Shown here: positions 55,701 through 64,000 of the stretch, in pieces | Layout: each line of letters begins with the position of its first letter | Position numbering within the stretch: position 1 is the first letter of the stretch | Assembly: GCA_964016885.1 (NCBI GenBank) | Contig: OZ024744.1 | Coordinates: 23,684,001 to 23,748,000, forward strand | Source: Eledone cirrhosa | Taxonomy: Eukaryota | Direction: 5' to 3' | Length of the DNA stretch: 64,000 nucleotides | Program-made: the position numbers and the translations under genes | The notes under the pieces: model-generated | Database searches by the model: none | Told to the model about the DNA's origin: nothing | Seen by the model: the letters and a program-made list of their open reading frames with translations, nothing else

Positions 55701-58700
55701 AAATAAAACTCGTTTTAACAACAGTTGAATCTTCAAATAAAACTCGTTTTAACAACAGTTGAATATTATGATAAAACTCATTTTAACAACAGTTGATTCT
55801 TAAGATAAAACTCGTTTTAACAACAGTTGAATCTTAAGAACTGACTCGTTTTAACAACAGCTGAATCTTAAGATAAAATTCGTTTTAACAATAGTTGAAT
55901 GTTAAGAACTGGTTCGTTTTATCAACAGTTGGATCTTAAGATAAAACTCGTTTTAACAACAGTTGAATCTTAAGAACTGACTCGTTTTAACAACAGTTGA
56001 ATCTTAAAACTGACTCGTTTTATCAACAGTTCAACCTTAAGAACTGACTCGTTTTAACAACAGTTGAATCTTCAAATAAAACTCGTTTTAACAACAGTTG
56101 AATCTTAAGAACTGATTCGTTTTAACAACAGCTGAATCTTAAGATAAACTCGTATTAACAACAGTTGAATCGTAAGATAAACCTCGTTTTAACAACATTT
56201 GAATCTTAAGAACTAATTCGTTTTAACAACAGCTGAATCTTAAGATAAAACTCGTTTTAACAACAGTTGAATCTTAAGAACTGACTCGTTTTATCAACAG
56301 TTCAACCTTAAGAACTGACTCGTTTTAACAACAGTTGAATCTTCAAATAAAACTCGTTTTAACAACAGTTGAATCTTCAAATAAAACTCGTTTTAACAAC
56401 AGTTGAATATTATGATAAAACTCATTTTAACAACAGCTGATTCTTAAGATAAAACTCGTTTTAACAACAGTTGAATCTTAAGAACTGACTCGTTTTAACA
56501 ACAGATGAATCTTAAGATAAAACTCGTTTTACCAACAGTTGAATCTTAAGATAAAATTCGTTTTAACGATAGTTGAATGTTAAGAACTGGTTCGTTTTAA
56601 CAACAGTTGGATCTTAAGATAAAACTCGTTTTAACAACAGCTGAATCTTAAGAACTGACTCGTTTTAACAACAGTTGAATCTTAAGAACTGACTCGTTTT
56701 AACAACAGTTGAATCTTAAGATAAAACTCGTTTTAACAACAGCTGAATCTTAAGATAAAACTCGTTTTAACAACAGTTGAATCTTAAGAACTGACTCATT
56801 TTAACAACAGTTGAATCTTAAGAACTGATTCGTTTTAACAACAGATGAATCTTAAGATAAAACTCGTTTTAACAACAGTTGAATCTTAAGAACTGACTCG
56901 TTTTAACAACAGCTGAATCTTAAGATAAAACTCGTTTTACAACAGTTGAATCTTAAGAACTGATTCGTTTTAACAAAAGCTGAATCTTAACATAAAACTC
57001 GTTTTAACAACAGTTGAATCTTAAGAACTGACTCGTTTTATCAACAGTTCAACCTTAAGAACTGACTCGTTTTAACAACAGTTGAATCTTCAAATAAAAC
57101 TCGTTTTAACAACAGTTTAATCTTCAAATAAAACTCGTTTTAACAACAGTTGAATATTATGATAAAACTCATTTTAACAACAGTTGATTCTTAATATAAA
57201 ACTCGTTTTAACAACAGTTGAATCTTAAGAACTGACTCGTTTTAACAACAGTTGAATCTTAAGAACTAACTCGTTTTATCAACAGTTCAACCTTAAGAAC
57301 TGACTCGTTTTAACAACAGTTGAATCTTCAAATATAACTCGTTTTAACAACAGTTGAATCTTAAGAACTCACTCGTTTTAACAACAGTTGAATCTTAAGA
57401 TAAAACCCGTTTTAACAACAGTTGAATCTTAAGATAAAACTCGTTTTAACAACAGTGGAATCTTAAGAACTGACTCCTTTTAATAACAGTTGAATCTTAA
57501 GATAAAACTCGTTTTAACAACAGTTGAATCTTAAGAACTGACTCGTTTTAACAACAGCTGAATCTTAAGATAAAACTCGTTTTAACGACAGTTGAATCTT
57601 AAGAACTGACTCGTTTTATCAACAGTTCAACCTTAAGATCTGACTCATTTTAACAACAGTTGAATCTTCAAATAAAACTCGTTTTAACGACAGTTGTATC
57701 TTAAGAACTGATTCGTTTTAACAACAGCTGAATCTTAAGATAAACTCGTTTTAACAACAGTTGAATCTTAAGATAAACCTCGTTTTAACAACATTTGAAT
57801 CTTAAGAACTGACTCGTTTTAACAACAGCTGCATCTTAAGATAAAACTCGTTTTAACAACAGATGAATCCTAAGAACTGACTCGTTTTATCAACAGTTCA
57901 ACCTGAAGAACTGACTCGTTTTAACAACAGTTGAATCTTCAAATAAAACTCGTTTTAACAACAGTTGAATCTTAAGAACTGACTCGTTTTAACAACAGTT
58001 GAATCTTAAGATAAAACTCGTTTTAACAACAGCTGAATCTTAAGATAAAACTCGTTTTAACAACAGTTGAATCTTAAGATAAAACTCGTTTTAACAATAG
58101 TTGAATCTTAAGAACTGACTCATTTTAACAACAGTTGAATCTTAAGAACTGACTCGTTTTAACAACAGCTGAATCTTAAGATAAAACTCGTTTTAACAAC
58201 AGTTGAATCTTAAGAACTGACTCGTCTTATCAACAGTTCAACCTTAAGAACTGACTCGTTTTAACAACAGTTGAATCTTCAAATAAAACTCGTTTTAACA
58301 ACAGTTGAATCTTCAAATAAAACTCGTTTTAACAACAGCTGAATATTATGATAAAACTCATTTTAACAACAGTTGATTCTTAAGATACAACTCGTTCTAA
58401 CAACAGTTGAATCTTAAGAACTGACTCGTTTTAACAACAGCTGAATCTTAAGATAAAACTCGTTTTAACAACAGTTGAATCTTAAGATAAAATTCGTTTT
58501 AACAATAGTTGAATGTTAAGAACTGGTTCGTTTTAACAACAGTTTGATCTTAAGATAAAACTCGTTTTAACAACTGTTGAATCTTAAGAACTGACTCGTT
58601 TTAACAACAGTTGAATCTTAAGAACTGACTCGTTTTATCAACAGTTCAACCTTAAGAACTGACTCGTTTTAACAACAGTTGAATCTTCAAATAAAACTCG

Positions 58701-59460
58701 TTTTAACAACAGTTGAATCTTAAGAACTGATTCGTTTTAACAACAGCTGAATCTTAAGATAAACTCGTTTTAACAACAGTTGAATCTTAAGATAAACCTC
58801 GTTTTAACAACATTTGAATCTTAAGAACTGACTCGTTTTAACAACAGTTGAATCTTAAGATAAAACTCGTTTTAACAACAGTTGAATCTTAAGAACTGAC
58901 TCGTTTTATCAACAGTTCAACCTTAAGAACTGACTCGTTTTAACAACAGTTGAATCTTCAAATAAAACTCGTTTTAACAACAGTTGAATCTTCAAATAAA
59001 ACTCGTTTTAACAACAGTTGAATATTATGATAAAACTCATTTTAACAACAGCTGATTCTTAAGATAAAACTCGTTTTAACAACAGTTGAATCTTAAGAAC
59101 GTACTCGTTTTAACAACAGCTGAATCTTAAGATAAAACTCGTTTTAACAACAGTTGAATCTTAAGATAAAATTCGTTTTAACAACAGCTGAATCTTAAGA
59201 TAAAACTCGTTTTACAACAGTTGAATCTTAAGAACTGACTCGTTTTAATAACAGTTGAATCTTAAGTACTGACTCGTTTTATCAACAGTTCAACCTTACG
59301 AACTGACTCATTTTAACAACAGTTGAATCTTCAAATAAAACTCGTTTTAACAGCTGTTGAATCTTCAAATAAAACTCGTTTTAACAACAGTTGAATCTTC
59401 AAATAAAACTCGTTTTAACAACAGTTGAATATTATGATAAAACTCATTTTAACAACAGTT
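52800..59460. repeat. Long-range direct paralog of ~1200-7200 (offset ~51.6-52.3 kb)
   Basis: Shared rare variants are AACGATAG (C at 4596/56567), AACAAAAGCTGAATCTTAAC (5001/56972), AGATCTGACTCA (5631/57636), AGTTTGATC (6265/58541) and GTACTGAC (6956/59266). Confidence 0.8.
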
Positions 59461-59619
59461 GATTCTTAAGATAAAACTCGTTTTAACAACAGTTGAATCT
59501 TAAGAACTTACTCGTCTTATCAACAGTTCAACCTTAAGAACTGACTCGTTTTAACAACAGTTGAATCTTCAAATAAAACTCGTTTTAACAACAGTTGAAT
59601 CTTCAAATAAAACTCGTTT

Positions 59620-62600
59620 TAACAACAGTTGAATATTATGATAAAACTCATTTTAACAACAGTTGATTCTTAAGATAAAACTCGTTTTAACAACAGTTGA
59701 ATCTTAAGAACTGACTCGTTTTAACAACAGCTGAATCTTAAGATAAAATTCGTTTTAACAATAGTTGAATGTTAAGAACTGGTTCGTTTTAACAACAGTT
59801 GGATCTTAAGATAAAACTCGTTTTAACAACAGTTGAATCTTAAGAACTGACTCGTTTTAACAACAGTTGAATCTTAAGAACTGACTCGTTTTATCAACAG
59901 TTCAACCTTAAGAACTGACTCGTTTTAACAACAGTTGAATCTTCAAATAAAACTCGTTTTAACAACAGTTGAATCTTAAGAACTGATTCGTTTTAACAAC
60001 AGCTGAATCTTAAGATAAACTCGTATTAACAACAGTTGAATCGTAAGATAAACCTCGTTTTAACAACATTTGAATCTTAAGAACTAACTCGTTTTAACAA
60101 CAGCTGAATCTTAAGATAAAACTCGTTTTAACAACAGTTGAATCTTAAGAACTGACTCGTTTTATCAACAGTTCAACCTTAAGAACTGACTCGTTTTAAC
60201 AACAGTTGAATCTTCAAATAAAACTCGTTTTAACAACAGTTGAATCTTAAGATAAAACTCGTTTTAACAACAGTTGAATCTTAAGATAAAACTCGTTTTA
60301 ACAACAGTGGAATCTTAAGAACTGACTCGTTTTAATAACAGTTGAATCTTAAGATAAAACTCGTTTTAACAACAGTTGAATCTTAAGAACTGACTCGTTT
60401 TAACAACAGCTGAATCTTAAGATAAAACTCGTTTTAACAAAAGCTGAATCTTAAGATAAACTCGTTTTAACAACAGTTGAATCTTAAGATAAACCTCGTT
60501 TTAACAACATTTGAATCTTAAGAACTGACTCGTTTTAACAACAGCTGAATCTTAAGATAAAACTCGTTTTAACAACAGTTGAATCTTAAGAACTGACTGG
60601 TCTTATCAACAGTTCAACCTTAAGAACTGACTCGTTTTAACAACAGTTGAATCTTCAAATAAAACTCGTTTTAACAACAGTTGAATCTTCAAATAAAACT
60701 CGTTTTAACAACAGTTGAATATTATGATAAAACTCATTTAACAACAGTTGATTCTTAAGATAAAACTCGTTTTAACAACAGTTGAATCTTAAGAACTGAC
60801 TCGTTTTAACAACAGCTGAATCTTAAGATAAAACTCGTTTTAACAACAGTTGAATCTTAAGATAAAATTCGTTTTAACAATAGTTGAATGTTAAGAACTG
60901 GTTCGTTTTAACAACAGATGGATCTTAAGATAAAACTCGTTTTAACAACAGTTGAATCTTAAGAACTGACTCGTTTTAACCACAGTTGAATCTTAAGAAC
61001 TGACTCGTTTTATCAACAGTTCAACCTTAAGAACTGAGTCGTTTTAACAACAGTTGAATCTTCAAATAAAACTCGTTTTAACAACAGTTGAATCTTAAGA
61101 ACTGATTCGTTTTAACAACAGCTGAATCTTAAGATAAACTCGTATTAACAACAGTTGAATCTTAAGATAAACCTCGTTTTAACAACATTTGAATCTTAAG
61201 AACTGACTCGTTTTAACACAGCTGAATCTTAAGATAAAACTCGTTTTAACAACAGTTGATTCTTAAGAACTGACTCGTTTTATCAACAGTTCAACCTTAA
61301 GAACTGACTCGTTTTAACAACAGTTGAATCTTCAAATAAAACTCGTTTTAACAACAGTTGAATATTATGATGAAACTCATTTTAACAACAGCTGATTCTT
61401 AAGATAAAACTCGTTTTAACAACAGTTGAATCTTAAGAACTGACTCGTTTTAACAACAGCTGAATCTTAAGATAAAACTCGTTTTAACAACAGTTGAATC
61501 TTAAGATAAAATTCGTTGTAACAATAGTTGAATGTTAAGAACTGGTTCGTTTTAACAACAGTTGGATCTTAAGATAAAACTGGTTTTAACAACAGTTGAA
61601 TCTTAAGAACTGACTCGTTTTAACAACAGTTGAATCTTAAGAACTGACTCGTTTTAACAACAGTTGAATCTTAAGATAAAACTCGTTTTAACAACAGCTG
61701 AATCTTAAGATAAAACTCGTTTTAACAACAGTTGAATCTTAAAAACTGACTCATTTTAACAACAGTTGAATCTTAAGAACTGATTCGTTTTAACAACAGA
61801 TGAATCTTAAGATAAAACTCGTTTTAACAACAGTTGAATCTTAAGAACTGACTCGTTTTAACAACAGCTGAATCTTAAGATAAAACTCGTTTTACAACAG
61901 TTGAATCTTAAGAACTGATTCGTTTTAACAACAGCTGAATCTTAAGATAAACTCGTTTTAACAACAGTTGAATCTTAACATAAACCTCGTTTTAACAACA
62001 TTTGAATCTTAAAAACTGACTCGTTTTAACAACAGCTGAATCTTAAGATAAAACTCGTTTTAACAACAGTTGAATCTTAAGAACTGACTCGTTTTATCAA
62101 CAGTTCAACCTTAAGAACTGACTCGTTTTAACAACAGTTGAATCTTCAAATAAAACTCGTTTTAACAACAGTTGAATATTATGATAAAACTCATTTTAAC
62201 AACAGTTGATTCTTAAGATAAAACTCGTTTTAACAACAGTTGAATCTTAAGAACTGACTCGTTTTAACAACAGCTGAATCTTAAGATAAAATTCGTTTTA
62301 ACAATAGTTGAATGTTAAGAACTGGTTCGTTTTAACAACAGTTGGATCTTAAGATAAAACTCGTTTTAACAACAGTTGAATCTTAAGAACTGACTCGTTT
62401 TAACAACAGTTGAATCTTAAGAACTGACTCGTTTTATCAACAGTTCAACCTTAAGAACTGACTCGTTTTAACAACAGTTGAATCTTCAAATAAAACTCGT
62501 TTTAACAACAGTTGAATCTTAAGAACTGATTCGTTTTAACAACAGCTGAATCTTAAGATAAACTCGTATTAACAACAGTTGAATCGTAAGATAAACCTCG

Positions 62601-64000
62601 TTTTAACAACATTTGAATCTTAAGAACTAACTCGTTTTAACAACAGCTGAATCTTAAGATAAAACTCGTTTTAACAACAGTTGAATCTTAAGAACTGACT
62701 CGTTTTATCAACAGTTCAACCTTAAGAACTGACTCGTTTTAACAACAGTTGAATCTTCAAATAAAACTCGTTTTAACAACAGTTGAATCTTAAGATAAAA
62801 CTCGTTTTAACAACAGTTGAATCTTAAGATAAAACTCGTTTTAACAACAGTGGAATCTTAAGAACTGACTCGTTTTAATAACAGTTGAATCTTAAGATAA
62901 AACTCGTTTTAACAACAGTTGAATCTTAAGAACTGACTCGTTTTAACAACAGCTGAATCTTAAGATAAAACTCGTTTTAACAAAAGCTGAATCTTAAGAT
63001 AAACTCGTTTTAACAACAGTTGAATCTTAAGATAAACCTCGTTTTAACAACATTTGAATCTTAAGAACTGACTCGTTTTAACAACAGCTGAATCTTAAGA
63101 TAAAACTCGTTTTAACAACAGTTGAATCTTAAGAACTGACTCGTCTTATCAACAGTTCAACCTTAAGAACTGACTCGTTTTAACAACAGTTGAATCTTCA
63201 AATAAAACTCGTTTTAACAACAGTTGAATCTGCAAATAAAACTCGTTTTAACAACAGTTGAATCTTCAAATAAAACTCGTTTTAACAACAGTTGAATATT
63301 ATGATAAAACTCATTTAACAACAGTTGATTCTTAAGATAAAACTCGTTTTAACAACAGTTGAATCTTAAGAACTGACTCGTTTTAACAACAGCTGAATCT
63401 TAAGATAAAACTCGTTTTAACAACAGTTGAATCTTAAGATAAAATTCGTTTTAACAATAGTTGAATGTTAAGAACTGGTTCGTTTTAACAACAGATGGAT
63501 CTTAAGATAAAACTCGTTTTAACAACAGTTGAATCTTAAGAACTGACTCGTTTTAACCACAGTTGAATCTTAAGAACTGACTCGTTTTATCAACAGTTCA
63601 ACCTTAAGAACTGAGTCGTTTTAACAACAGTTGAATCTTCAAATAAAACTCGTTTTAACAACAGTTGAATCTTAAGAACTGATTCGTTTTAACAACAGCT
63701 GAATCTTAAGATAAACTCGTATTAACAACAGTTGAATCTTAAGATAAACCTCGTTTTAACAACATTTGAATCTTAAGAACTGACTCGTTTTAACACAGCT
63801 GAATCTTAAGATAAAACTCGTTTTAACAACAGTTGATTCTTAAGAACTGACTCGTTTTATCAACAGTTCAACCTTAAGAACTGACTCGTTTTAACAACAG
63901 TTGAATCTTCAAATAAAACTCGTTTTAACAACAGTTGAATATTATGATGAAACTCATTTTAACAACAGCTGATTCTTAAGATAAAACTCGTTTTAACAAC
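59620..64000. repeat. Tandem duplication with 2,577-bp offset, running off the window end; a third copy lies at ~51800-54400
   Basis: AACCACAG occurs at 60978/63555, the 1-bp deletion AACACAGCTG at 61215/63792 (also 53411), and CAGATGGATC at 60915/63492 (also 53111, 7,804 bp before 60915). Confidence 0.85.

Larger units (their letters stand above)
1..64000. repeat. Tandem satellite DNA array, 34-bp monomer (~1,880 copies), single orientation, extends beyond both window ends
   Basis: Monomers start at 1, 35, 69, 103 and continue with 34-bp period to the end. There are two dominant types: TCGTTTTAACAACAGTTGAATCTTAAGAACTGAC (11/34 GC) and TCGTTTTAACAACAGTTGAATCTTAAGATAAAAC (9/34 GC). Occasional 33-bp monomers arise from 1-bp deletions. 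No non-satellite sequence was seen anywhere. Confidence 0.99.

Noticed and set aside
1-64000. Repetitive protein-coding ORF on either strand
   Set aside because: On the + strand, TAA (monomer position 7), TGA (17) and TAA (24) block all three frames within one consensus monomer. On the - strand, TTA at positions 6 and 23 plus the frame shift per 34-mer closes all frames within about two monomers.
1-64000. Transposon or MITE insertion (TTAA piggyBac-type target sites occur twice per monomer)
   Set aside because: No non-satellite segment, terminal inverted repeats or target-site duplication flanking foreign DNA was seen.
1-64000. Telomeric repeat or plasmid/phage iteron array
   Set aside because: There is no G-rich strand. 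The alternative 6-bp tails and inherited multi-kb duplications point to recombinational amplification rather than templated synthesis. The array is far too long for iterons and no rep gene is present.
1-64000. Strand inversion or large palindrome within the array
   Set aside because: The reverse-complement monomer (TTCAACTGTTGTTAAAACGA) was not observed. The layered symmetry involves direct repeats only.
1-64000. Pure assembly or sequencing artefact (collapsed or looped repeat)
   Set aside because: Copies differ by consistent inherited variants and whole-monomer indels in nested patterns, which is unlike a looped identical unit. Individual duplications still need read-level confirmation.

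Overview
The whole 64-kb window is one uninterrupted, head-to-tail tandem satellite array in a single orientation. The monomer is an AT-rich (~30% GC) 34-mer, present in about 1,880 copies, with consensus TCGTTTTAACAACAGTTGAATCTTAAGA followed by ACTGAC or TAAAAC. I see no coding sequence, RNA gene, transposon insertion, CRISPR spacer or unique flank, and the array runs off both ends. I do not recognise the satellite family or the organism; an array this long fits eukaryotic heterochromatic or (peri)centromeric DNA best, but that is inference. I found no gene-encoded novel system. The notable content is architectural: about 10 monomer variants recur in fixed orders, there is a 20-monomer (679 bp) higher-order unit, nested duplications occur at ~0.68, ~2.6, ~4.9 and ~7.8 kb plus a paralogous block ~52 kb away, diagnostic variants are distributed in concentric layers, chimeric monomers mark exchange points, and the monomer is built from three short dyads about one helical turn apart with a vestigial 17-bp half-repeat. 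All coordinates and offsets were counted by eye, so duplication boundaries are approximate.
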